A DNA stretch of 64,000 nt from Candidatus Cloacimonadota bacterium (GCA_021734245.1 JAIPJH010000001.1:1823-65822); one strand, 5' to 3'; positions 29,332 through 38,246 are shown, counted from the first letter of the stretch. Made by a program: numbers and translations. The notes: generated from the letters alone by a model not told the origin.

Positions 29332-31180
29332 TCGTTCCCGGCGGCTTGGTCGTCACATCATAGAGCAGATTGCCAACTCCATTTATTTTTTGAATAAGTC
29401 TTGTAAGCCGTTCAAATTCAGCAAAATCCATTTCATAAACGCTGGCAGTCATGGCATCGGTAGAACAAACCGGACGTATAACGAAAGCCTGTTTTTTATT
29501 TTGATAAAGTGGAAGCGCTACTACCGGCATTTGCCAGATCTCCGGAATGTGATCAGTTTCCTGTCGCAAAACTGCATCTACTTTCCGCAATTTATCCATG
29601 ACCGGTTTTTCCAGGAAAAGTTTCTGTAGCTTTAAATCGACCGGCTGCCAACTGAACACGATCCTGTTGACTGATATTAGTTTATTGATAGCTCTTGATG
29701 CTCCAATTCTCAGATTTTCCCATTCCGGTTTAAAATCTGACTTGAACCAAACTACCGCAGGATGATGATAGGTGCGGAAATCTCCCTGCACACCTACGCT
29801 CTTGATCGGCAGGATTTTTCCTTCTAAACCAAATTCTATTAATATCTCGTTTAGCATTTTTTCTTCTTTTTCAAAATCATCCCGAGTTGTATAAGTGTCA
29901 TCCTGAGCGGAGTCGAAGGATACACTCTTCTTTGTCGCACTTCGACTACGCTCAGTGTGACAGTCATTTATCTCTGTATCCGAGCAGATAACACGGATCG
30001 CTAAACCTGGACCGGGAAAAGGATGACGATGGACCAGTTTTTTGGGTAATCCAAGTTCTTCTCCCAGTTTGCGAACTTCATCTTTGTAGAGTTCTTTAAT
30101 CGGCTCAATCACACGTCCTTCTGCGATGAGTTTTGCAATTTCATCCACTCGATTGTGATGTGTTTTTATCTTAGCTGCTTTATCTGTAGAACCACTTTCG
30201 ATTGTATCGGGATAGATCGTTCCCTGCACCAGCATCAATTCTGCTTCTTTTTCCAATGCTGCCAGTTCCTGATTGGCAATATCAACGAAAAGTTTACCGA
30301 TTATCAAGCGTTTTGCTTCCGGTTCTACAACGCCCTTAAGTTCGTTCAGATAAAGTTCTTCCGCAGCGATGATCTTGATATTTTCGAAACCGAGTTTTTC
30401 AAAATGTTCCATGATCTCTTTGGATTCGTTCTTGCGCATGAATCCTGTGTCTACATGGATGGAAAAAATATTTTCATTCCCAACTGCCTGAATGCAAAGT
30501 TCCAGAGCAACGAGGGAATCAACTCCACCTGAAAGCAGTAGAACTAATTTTCTGCCTTTTGCTTCTTTTCGAATTTGCTGAATCAGTGTTTCTTTGAAAT
30601 TTTCTGCTTTCCAGTCGCGTTTTTCAGTACAAACTGAAATGAACTTATCCAGTATATTCAAGCCGTTTGTAGTATGTGTCACTTCCGGATGGAACTGCAC
30701 TCCAAAAAATTTCTGATCTTTTGATTCATAAGAAGCAACTTTTATCGAATCGGAATAAGCTGTGATGCGGCATGAATCAGGTAATTCTGAGACATGATCA
30801 CCATGACTCATCCAAACTGTTTGCTGAGAATCCAAACCAGAAAACAAAGCAGAATTGTTTTCGCAGTTGATCGAAGTGAATCCGTATTCTTTGTTTTCTC
30901 CGCTTTCGATCGTTCCACCCAGCATGGCAGCCAGGATTTGATGTCCGTAGCAGATTCCCAGAATTGGACTCTGAATTTCTTCGATTTCAATGTTTATACG
31001 ATACGCATCTTCAGCATTTACCGATTGCGGTCCGCCGGAAAAGATGATGCCCCCAATTTCGTCTGTAACTTCAAATTCTTCGGGGTGATAGATCTCGCTG
31101 TAAACTCCCAGGTTTCTAACTCGACGAGCAATTAGATGTGTGTATTGTCCGCCAAAATCTATAATTGCAATTTTATTCAT
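29318..31180 (-). CDS. guaA: GMP synthase (glutamine-hydrolysing), long form
   Basis: N-terminal class I GATase (GICYGHQ), ATP-PPase P-loop (SGGVDS), and C-terminus KPPGTIEWE. At 620 aa it has an extended two-part C-terminal region and an in-frame repeat-derived insert. Confidence 0.9.
   Translation of the reverse strand: MNKIAIIDFGGQYTHLIARRVRNLGVYSEIYHPEEFEVTDEIGGIIFSGGPQSVNAEDAYRINIEIEEIQSPILGICYGHQILAAMLGGTIESGENKEYGFTSINCENNSALFSGLDSQQTVWMSHGDHVSELPDSCRITAYSDSIKVASYESKDQKFFGVQFHPEVTHTTNGLNILDKFISVCTEKRDWKAENFKETLIQQIRKEAKGRKLVLLLSGGVDSLVALELCIQAVGNENIFSIHVDTGFMRKNESKEIMEHFEKLGFENIKIIAAEELYLNELKGVVEPEAKRLIIGKLFVDIANQELAALEKEAELMLVQGTIYPDTIESGSTDKAAKIKTHHNRVDEIAKLIAEGRVIEPIKELYKDEVRKLGEELGLPKKLVHRHPFPGPGLAIRVICSDTEINDCHTERSRSATKKSVSFDSAQDDTYTTRDDFEKEEKMLNEILIEFGLEGKILPIKSVGVQGDFRTYHHPAVVWFKSDFKPEWENLRIGASRAINKLISVNRIVFSWQPVDLKLQKLFLEKPVMDKLRKVDAVLRQETDHIPEIWQMPVVALPLYQNKKQAFVIRPVCSTDAMTASVYEMDFAEFERLTRLIQKINGVGNLLYDVTTKPPGTIEWE
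29895..29963. repeat. 69-bp imperfect palindromic element embedded in frame in guaA
   Basis: Arms GTGTCATCCTGAGCGGAGTCGAAGGA and CACTTCGACTACGCTCAGTGTGACAG. Related copies at 34414..34442 and 61711..61740. Confidence 0.8.
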
Positions 31181-31207
31181 TAATCCTCTTTCATATCTAA
31201 TACTAAG

Positions 31208-31338
31208 CTCCCCTTTGTAAGGGGAGGGCGAGGGGTTTTGGCGGATAAATAACCAATCTTGATTTTATAAAACCCCCTCCCAGTGGAATATCCACAGGAT
31301 TCCACGGGATAAATTTTGTCCCCCTTCTAAAGGGGGAC
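31208..31338. repeat. composite GC-rich four-hairpin repeat (family R2), copy a
   Basis: CTCCCCTT-TGTA-AGGGGAG; GAGGGGTTTTG...AAAACCCCCTC; GTGGAAT...ATTCCAC; GTCCCCCTT-CTA-AAGGGGGAC. Near-identical to 38109..38239. Confidence 0.85.
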
Positions 31339-31926
31339 TTTTTGCGTCTTTGTGATCTTTGCGGTTAAGATTTCTCTTAAGCACTTACTATAAAATTCAT
31401 GTTCCACTTTCAAGCCCCTCTTTTCCACTTCTTCCAGAGAATTACAACCGTTCAAATCCACAGCTCTCTGCCTGATGATCTCGCCGGTATCAAGTCCTTC
31501 ATCAACAAAATGAACAGTGATTTTAGTCTCCTTTATATTATTTTCCCAAGCCCATTCATAGCCGTGTAAACCTTGATGTTCGGTAGTATCAGCAGGATGG
31601 ATATTAATAATTTTTCTGGGAAATTCCTGGATGATCTCGACAGGTAAAACCTTCATATAACCTGCTAATACAATAAAATCTGGTTTCTCCGATTTCAACC
31701 ATTTCAATAAAAGCGAATTATATGTTTTCTTCTTCTTTCCTTTGGATGGAATGCAATGAGTTCTGATACCCATTTCATTAGCTTTTTGCAGTCCAGGTGC
31801 TTCAGATTTATTGGAAAAGACAGTTTGGATTTCGCAAACATCTTTCAGAATTCCAGACTGAATATTTTTGGCAATGGCAAACATATTGCTGCCACGACCA
31901 CTGATCATGATAATGATTTTATTCAT
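31327..31926 (-). CDS. purN: phosphoribosylglycinamide formyltransferase
   Basis: 199 aa, reading IIIMISGRGSNMFAI...INIHPA. The last three codons and the stop lie inside a repeat hairpin. Confidence 0.9.
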   Translation of the reverse strand: MNKIIIMISGRGSNMFAIAKNIQSGILKDVCEIQTVFSNKSEAPGLQKANEMGIRTHCIPSKGKKKKTYNSLLLKWLKSEKPDFIVLAGYMKVLPVEIIQEFPRKIINIHPADTTEHQGLHGYEWAWENNIKETKITVHFVDEGLDTGEIIRQRAVDLNGCNSLEEVEKRGLKVEHEFYSKCLREILTAKITKTQKVPL

Positions 31927-31971
31927 TTAACCTCTAATTTTTTGCACCGAACTATACTAACTAAAAGAATT

Positions 31972-32358
31972 TTAATCTATTATATTAGGAATCCTCTCGA
32001 AATCAAATCCTTTTCTATTATTGGGGAAATTGATAATTACACCTAATTTATAACCAGTTGCTTTTAGATAATTAAATAGCTGTGCTTTGTGAAATTTATT
32101 AATTTGATTTTCACATTTTAGTTCGATTATAATTTTCTCATCAATGATTAAGTCCGCTTTATAATCCGCAATAACTTCACCTCGATAAACAATTTGAATA
32201 AGTTTCTGAGATTCAACAAAAAAATCAAGTAATTGGAGTTCAATTACTAAAGCTCTTTCATAAACTTTCTCTAAAAAGCCATTCCCAAGTCTTTTCCGAA
32301 CTTCAATACAAGCTTTTTTAATCTTGTAACACTCATCCATATAAATTAAGCTTTTCAT
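31972..32358 (-). CDS. GxxExxY-family protein (PD-(D/E)XK-like)
   Basis: 128 aa with GNGFLEKVYERALVIEL, the GxxExxY motif. Confidence 0.75.
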   Translation of the reverse strand: MKSLIYMDECYKIKKACIEVRKRLGNGFLEKVYERALVIELQLLDFFVESQKLIQIVYRGEVIADYKADLIIDEKIIIELKCENQINKFHKAQLFNYLKATGYKLGVIINFPNNRKGFDFERIPNIID

Positions 32359-32406
32359 TTTTAACCTAACAAATTCGTGTTGTTGGTTTTGTTAGTTGCT
32401 TTAGAT

Positions 32407-33513
32407 TCATTTCGCTGCAAATTCATCCAACCAACCAGCAGTTTTACTGATCTTTCTGGTAAATATCCTGCCATTATTTCGAGCATCTTTAGCCTGATGA
32501 TATTTGAAGATCATCTCATCGTTTTTGGGTCCAATAATTTCAACTTTTCCAGTTTTATGCGACATCACATATCGAAATCTTTTGCTGTGGCCATTCAGCA
32601 TAGTTTTAGCTTTTTCCACAATTCGATAACCCTCCAGAATTGGAAGTTGAAAATGATTTTTTACTCGTTTCACGGGTCTGCATTGGAAAACATAATAAGG
32701 ATTTATTCCGCTAGAAACCAACTTATTCTGCAGCTCTGCTAAGATGTTAGGATCGTCGTTCACACCTCTCATCAAAACAGTTTGATTATTCACGATCACT
32801 CTACTTTTTAGTAATTTCGAAATTGCTCTGCGTAATTCCGGTGTGATTTCTCTGGGATGATCTACATGAGTTACAAAATATATCTGTTTGATCTTTGAAT
32901 GTTTTTTTAGAGCTGCTAATAATTCATAACTATCATAGATTCTGCTTGGCAAGTAAACAGGAACTTTCGTCCCAAATCTTATGAAATCAATATGCGGAAT
33001 GGTTGTAAGTTTTTCCAGGAATCGGATAATAATTTTAGTAGAAAGTACCAAGGGATCTCCCCCAGTTATCAAAATGTTATTTACTTCCGGATGTTTATTG
33101 ATATACGTAACTGCTTTATTTATGTTATTTAAGACTTCATCTTTAGTAACACCGACCAGTCTTTTCCTGAAGCAGAAGCGACAATAGCTTGCACAACGAT
33201 GAGTTGACAAGATTAATACTGTTTGTGGATATTTATGTTGAAATCCTAAAAACTTTGTATTGCTCAATTCACCGCTTGTATCATAAGAGCCAGTAACATC
33301 CATTTCCTGTTTGGCAGGTATCACCATTTTCTTTATTGGATCATCCGAATCTTTGAAATCAATAAGAGACAAATAGTGACGTGAGACGCTCATTGGATGT
33401 ATATCAATAACCTTTTTCAGCCATTTTTCATCATCTTTGGAAATTGGTAAAAACTTCTTCAATTGATCAATCGTGATAATGTTCTTTTTCAATTCATTTT
33501 TCCAGTACATCAA
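32407..33513 (-). CDS. KamA-family radical SAM protein (lysine 2,3-aminomutase-like)
   Basis: 368 aa with the CASYCRFCFRK cluster motif and ...ILITGGDPL... typical of the KamA/EpmB family. Confidence 0.8.
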   Translation of the reverse strand: MMYWKNELKKNIITIDQLKKFLPISKDDEKWLKKVIDIHPMSVSRHYLSLIDFKDSDDPIKKMVIPAKQEMDVTGSYDTSGELSNTKFLGFQHKYPQTVLILSTHRCASYCRFCFRKRLVGVTKDEVLNNINKAVTYINKHPEVNNILITGGDPLVLSTKIIIRFLEKLTTIPHIDFIRFGTKVPVYLPSRIYDSYELLAALKKHSKIKQIYFVTHVDHPREITPELRRAISKLLKSRVIVNNQTVLMRGVNDDPNILAELQNKLVSSGINPYYVFQCRPVKRVKNHFQLPILEGYRIVEKAKTMLNGHSKRFRYVMSHKTGKVEIIGPKNDEMIFKYHQAKDARNNGRIFTRKISKTAGWLDEFAAK

Positions 33514-33547
33514 AACCTCCCAATTTAATCATTTTCCAATATAAAGT

Positions 33548-34840
33548 TTAAAATAATTTTTTTCTTTTACCAATATCTTTTCGATAAAACATATCATCAA
33601 AAAAGTAATTATTCACCTTCTCATAAGCTTTTTGGATAGCATTATCCAGAGTTTCACCATGAGAAACAATATTTAAAACGCGACCACCTGAAGTTACAAT
33701 TTCACCATCCATTTTTTTTGTTCCGGCATGAAAGATCAATTCATCAGCTTTTTCCAAACCACAAATTGGATAACCTTTTTTGTAAGCTTTGGGATAACCG
33801 CCGGAAACCAGTACCACATCCACAAAAAAACCAGCGTTGAACTCCATCTGATAATCTTTTAATGAACCATCAAAGCAGCTTAAAACCAGTCTCAGCAAAT
33901 CACTTTTCATCGCTGGCAGCACAACTTCAGTTTCCGGATCACCCAAGCGGACATTGTATTCCAAAACCTCGGGTCCTTTTTCTGTGATCATCAAGCCAAA
34001 ATAAACTATCCCTTTGAAATTGAAACCTTCTGCTTTTATACCTTTCATGGTCGGAAGAATTACATCCTTCTCGATTTGCTTCTTAAGTTCTTCATTGTAA
34101 AATGGAACCGGGCAGAAAGCTCCCATACCGCCGGTATTGGGTCCTTTATCGCCATCCAAAAGTTGTTTATGATCTTGCGAAGGCAGAAGAAGCTGATAAT
34201 TTTCTCCATCTGTAAAAGCCAGAATAGATAACTCATCACCGATCAGTTTTTCTTCGATCAGATAAGATGCATCTTCCCCGTATTTGGAATGAATTTCCTG
34301 CAGAGCAGATTTTGCTTCTTCCAGTTTTGAGCAGACAAAAACTCCCTTTCCTGCTGCTAAACCATCATATTTTATTACACAATTACCATTGAGCTTTTTA
34401 ATTACTGACAAGCTGTCTCCTTCGACTCCGCTCAGGATGACATTTTTTTTATTTTTTTGTGCTTTTTTATGGCAATTTCCAAATTCCCAGAAATCTGCAG
34501 TAGCAACTCCATATTTCTGCATGAATTTTTTAGCAAAGATCTTGGATCCTTCCAGTTGAGCTCCGGCTTTATCCGGCCCAAAAACCTTAACCGGTGTTTC
34601 GGCAAAATAGTCTACAATTCCGTTTGCCAGAGGATCTTCCGGCCCCACAAAGATCAGTTCGATCAATTCTTGAGCACAAAATTCCTTGATATCTGCAAAA
34701 TCATTTACATCAATTTTTACATTATTTTTCGTTCCACCATTTCCTGGTAGAACATACACTTTATCAGCTAAATCGCTTTGTTCCAATTTCCAGGCGATGG
34801 CATGTTCCCTGCCACCAGAACCGATAACTGCAATATTCAT
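33548..34840 (-). CDS. purD: phosphoribosylamine-glycine ligase
   Basis: MNIAVIGSGGREHAIAWKL start (ATG after AGAGG; the track starts 6 codons upstream). ATP-grasp DGLAAGKGV motif. Carries a repeat-derived in-frame insert. Confidence 0.9.
   Translation of the reverse strand: MNIAVIGSGGREHAIAWKLEQSDLADKVYVLPGNGGTKNNVKIDVNDFADIKEFCAQELIELIFVGPEDPLANGIVDYFAETPVKVFGPDKAGAQLEGSKIFAKKFMQKYGVATADFWEFGNCHKKAQKNKKNVILSGVEGDSLSVIKKLNGNCVIKYDGLAAGKGVFVCSKLEEAKSALQEIHSKYGEDASYLIEEKLIGDELSILAFTDGENYQLLLPSQDHKQLLDGDKGPNTGGMGAFCPVPFYNEELKKQIEKDVILPTMKGIKAEGFNFKGIVYFGLMITEKGPEVLEYNVRLGDPETEVVLPAMKSDLLRLVLSCFDGSLKDYQMEFNAGFFVDVVLVSGGYPKAYKKGYPICGLEKADELIFHAGTKKMDGEIVTSGGRVLNIVSHGETLDNAIQKAYEKVNNYFFDDMFYRKDIGKRKKLF
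34414..34442. repeat. single arm of the GTCATCCTGAGCGGAGTCGAAGGA palindromic family, in frame in purD
   Basis: The reverse complement of 34414..34442 contains GTCATCCTGAGCGGAGTCGAAGGA, identical over 24 nt to the guaA copy. It is translated as VILSGVEGDS. Confidence 0.8.
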
Positions 34841-34915
34841 AAAAACCTCTTGTAGCAACTAACAAAACTAACTAAACGAACTTTTTTAGTTCGAATTTGT
34901 TCGATTTGTTCGCTG

Positions 34916-36301
34916 CTAATTTTTCTTTATCTCCTCATCGGCTTCGACTAAACCTAGTTTCACCTCAGCAATTTCTTCTCTAAAAACTTCCTTCAATCTT
35001 TGCAGATTCAAGCTTCGGAGTGCTGCCAGTGCGGCAGAGCTCACATCGATCACAGTTGATGCAGGCGTTTTGGAAGGCATCACGAGTGATGAATTGATAT
35101 TAACCATCATATCAATTTTATCTTTGAATGGCGGACAATTAATAAGCGGAATTGCCAGATTGGCTGCCAAAGCTCCACCGAGACCGTTTGATCTACCGGC
35201 AACAGCAATTACACAACCGGGTTCAACAGAATTGTTATACATCTCAGTAATTTCTGGTAATCTTTCGCCATTTTTATGAGCAGATGTGACTCTCATATCT
35301 ACATAAATATCATATTTTTCCAGATGAGATTTGATTTTCTTACAATGTTCCAAATCTGCTGGTGAACCCATGATAATAATTACATAACCATCTTTAATAA
35401 GACCTGCACCCAGAAGCCGATTGTAAATTCTTGTATTGAGTGGAAGTTTGCAGGGAATAAATTTCTCTCCCAGAATTCTCTCGTAAATATCGATGTATTT
35501 TTGGGAGGAAGTTTCGATCACATCTTCGGGCAGCATATCGGGAACTTTGCCGTCAATTTTATTGTTCAAAAGCCACTGGCGAATGTATTCTTTGTCCATA
35601 GAATCAACTTTTGCAGGATCTTTTTCATAAGCAGCTTTATCCCAGAAACGGGAAGAATCGGGAGTATGGATTTCATCGATCAGAATTATTTCACCATCCA
35701 CAATTCCAAATTCGTATTTTGTATCTACCAGAATTATGCCCTTTTCAGCTAATTCTTTAGTACCGAGTTCAAACAGTTTCATTGAAAGTTCTGCCATCTT
35801 GTCGTAGATCTCTTTTGTGGTCCAACCTTCTTTCACGATGTCTTCCGGTGTAATTTCACGATCATGTTCCTCTTTGGTAGTTGGGGTTAATAACGGGGTC
35901 GGAAATTTCTGATTTTGGGAAAGACCGTCAACTGCTTGTACTCCAGAGAATTCTCTTTTCCCTTTTTTGTAACCACGCCACATTGAGCCGGTCAAATAGC
36001 CGCGCACGATCATTTCCACTTTGATCGGCTGAGCTTCTTTCACCAGGCTGATGTTGGGATCAACCGCTTTGATAAGATGGTTATCGACAATGTTCCTGGT
36101 TTTATTGAACCAGTAATTCGTGATCGCATTCAGAACCGCACCTTTATTGGGAATCAGGTTGTTCAACACGCTATCAAAACTACTCACGCGATCGGAAACT
36201 ACGATCAGGCGTGTTTTCTCATCGAGTCTAAAACTCTCACGTACTTTTCCGCTGTGGATCTTCTTGATCTGCGGAGTGTAGAGTTTGTCCAGACATTTCA
36301 T
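34916..36301 (-). CDS. purCE: bifunctional SAICAR synthase / class II PurE (AIR carboxylase), PAICS-like fusion
   Basis: The N-terminal half has SAICAR synthase motifs (SGKVRESF..., VDTKYEFG). The C-terminal half reads IIMGSPADLEHCKKIKSHL...RVTSAHKNGERL...AVAGRSNGLGGALA...INCPP, which closely parallels the AIRc domain of animal PAICS. Confidence 0.85.
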   Translation of the reverse strand: MKCLDKLYTPQIKKIHSGKVRESFRLDEKTRLIVVSDRVSSFDSVLNNLIPNKGAVLNAITNYWFNKTRNIVDNHLIKAVDPNISLVKEAQPIKVEMIVRGYLTGSMWRGYKKGKREFSGVQAVDGLSQNQKFPTPLLTPTTKEEHDREITPEDIVKEGWTTKEIYDKMAELSMKLFELGTKELAEKGIILVDTKYEFGIVDGEIILIDEIHTPDSSRFWDKAAYEKDPAKVDSMDKEYIRQWLLNNKIDGKVPDMLPEDVIETSSQKYIDIYERILGEKFIPCKLPLNTRIYNRLLGAGLIKDGYVIIIMGSPADLEHCKKIKSHLEKYDIYVDMRVTSAHKNGERLPEITEMYNNSVEPGCVIAVAGRSNGLGGALAANLAIPLINCPPFKDKIDMMVNINSSLVMPSKTPASTVIDVSSAALAALRSLNLQRLKEVFREEIAEVKLGLVEADEEIKKN

Positions 36302-36407
36302 TTTTTCTCTCCTTAATCTACCGCTAAGGTCGCAAAAACGCTAAGCGATATCTTCTTTTATTTATTTTATAAATTATTCTTCAAGCTACGCTTTCCAGAT
36401 TTTTTTA

Positions 36408-36460
36408 CCATTGAAAAGACTTAACTGCAAGCATTTCTCTGATTGAAGTCTTTTCAAGGT
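36408..36460. repeat. CCTTGAAAAG-type hairpin repeat (family R3), copy a
   Basis: ACCATTGAAAAGACTT - loop containing AACTGCAAG - GAAGTCTTTTCAAGGT. Confidence 0.7.
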
Positions 36461-36465
36461 TTGCA

Positions 36466-38070
36466 TCAATGTTTAAAATGTCGTATTCCCGTAAAGATCA
36501 TAGCAATATCCAGATCATCACAGGCTTTGATTACTTTTTTATCTCTGATTGATCCACCGGGCTGAACGATAGTTTTGATGCCGGCTTGAGATGCTGTGAC
36601 TACATTATCTGGAAAGGGAAAGAACGCATCAGAAACCAGGATTGCATTTCCAAACTGTTCATCATAATATGAGATCATTTCTTTTCCATTATATTCAAAG
36701 CTTAAATTTTCGGTAGCTTTTTCGATGGCAAGTTTGGTAGAGATCAAACGATTCGGCTGACCAGCTCCCATACCCAGAAGTTGGAAAGCTCCATCTTTCT
36801 CTCTCACGATCACAATTGAATTCGACTTAACCTGTCGCATTGCTGTGATGCCGAACTCGATAAGTTTTTTCTGTTTTTCAAGATTTACTTTCCGCTGTGT
36901 TACCACCTGCATCTTATCGTGCAATTTTGTATCAGTATCTTGAACCAGCAGAGAATTAAACAGATATTTCATATCGATATTACTACATGATTGATTTGGA
37001 TCAAATTGAACGATCCTGAGATTTTTATGGAACTCCAGGTATTCCAGAGCTTCTGCGCTGAAATCAGGAGCAACGACCACTTCCACGAATTTACGCTTGG
37101 ATTTATCTTCGTTGTTCAATTCGAAAAACTCAACTGTTTTCAAATCTACTGGTTTGTTGAAGGCAATGATGCTGCCAAAAGCTGAAACCGGATCGCCCTG
37201 CCAGGCAAGCTGCATTGCAGTTAATTGATCATCAGCTTCCGCCAGTCCGCAGGGATTGCTGTGTTTGATAACTGCAACGGCAAATCTGCTCAAATCTTTC
37301 ACCGCATCTATCGCACCTTGAATGTCGTTGAGATTGTTGTAGGAAATTTCCCTTCCATGCAGAACATTCATGTCATAGAGTGAGTTTTGCTTTCCTGCTT
37401 CCCGATAGAAAAATCCTTCCTGATGCGAATTTTCGCCGTAACGGAGTTTCTTTCCACCAGTAAAATGAAGACGAATGCTTTTCTCATCTGCCTGTTCATC
37501 CATAGTCGTGGAGATCAAAGCGTCATAATCTGCTGTATGATTGAACGCTTTTCGCATCAGCTTGAAACGTGAATCATAACCGAGAGTTCCTTCGTTATCT
37601 TTCAATTCGTTCATGATAAGTTGATAATCATTCACATCGGTAACAACTGCCACATGTATAAAATTTTTGGCAGCAGCACGAACCATGGTTGGTCCGCCAA
37701 TGTCGATGTTTTCGATCAGGGCATCAAAATCAGCTCCCGATTCCTTCACTCTGGAGAATGGATAAAGATTGCACACCACCAGATCGATGGGTTGGATTCC
37801 CAGTTTTGCAGCTTCGGCAGCATCTTTGTCCCGATCAAATAAAATCGCTGATTCGATGTTGAACGAGATCGTTTTCATTCTGCCACCGAAAGCTTCCGGG
37901 TTTCCGGTTACAGACTGGATTTCCGTAACTTTGATTCCAGCATCTTCCAGCACTTTTCTGGTGCCGCCGGTTGATATTATTTCACAATCAAATTCTTTTA
38001 AGATTTTTGCCAAATCAACGATCCCGGTTTTATCGGAAACGCTTAATAGAGCACGTTTTATCTTTATCAT
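36466..38070 (-). CDS. purH: bifunctional AICAR transformylase / IMP cyclohydrolase
   Basis: 534 aa. N-terminal MGS-like RALLSVSDKTGIVDLAK...STGGT, and a C-terminal AICARFT domain. Confidence 0.92.
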   Translation of the reverse strand: MIKIKRALLSVSDKTGIVDLAKILKEFDCEIISTGGTRKVLEDAGIKVTEIQSVTGNPEAFGGRMKTISFNIESAILFDRDKDAAEAAKLGIQPIDLVVCNLYPFSRVKESGADFDALIENIDIGGPTMVRAAAKNFIHVAVVTDVNDYQLIMNELKDNEGTLGYDSRFKLMRKAFNHTADYDALISTTMDEQADEKSIRLHFTGGKKLRYGENSHQEGFFYREAGKQNSLYDMNVLHGREISYNNLNDIQGAIDAVKDLSRFAVAVIKHSNPCGLAEADDQLTAMQLAWQGDPVSAFGSIIAFNKPVDLKTVEFFELNNEDKSKRKFVEVVVAPDFSAEALEYLEFHKNLRIVQFDPNQSCSNIDMKYLFNSLLVQDTDTKLHDKMQVVTQRKVNLEKQKKLIEFGITAMRQVKSNSIVIVREKDGAFQLLGMGAGQPNRLISTKLAIEKATENLSFEYNGKEMISYYDEQFGNAILVSDAFFPFPDNVVTASQAGIKTIVQPGGSIRDKKVIKACDDLDIAMIFTGIRHFKH

Positions 38071-38108
38071 AATTTCCTCAAGTTATCTTTTGTAGAATCT
38101 CCACTAAG

Positions 38109-38239
38109 CTCCCCTTCGTAAGGGGAGTTTGAGGGGTTTTGTTTGAAAGTAATATAAATTCCACTATCAGAAAACCCCCTCCCAGTGGAATATCCATAGG
38201 ATTCCACGGGATAAATTTTATTCCCCCTTCTAAGGGGGA
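38109..38239. repeat. composite GC-rich four-hairpin repeat (family R2), copy b
   Basis: Same order of hairpins as 31208..31338. This is the source of spurious ORFs 38078..38269 and the start of 38139..38663. Confidence 0.85.
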
Positions 38240-38246
38240 TAGATAT

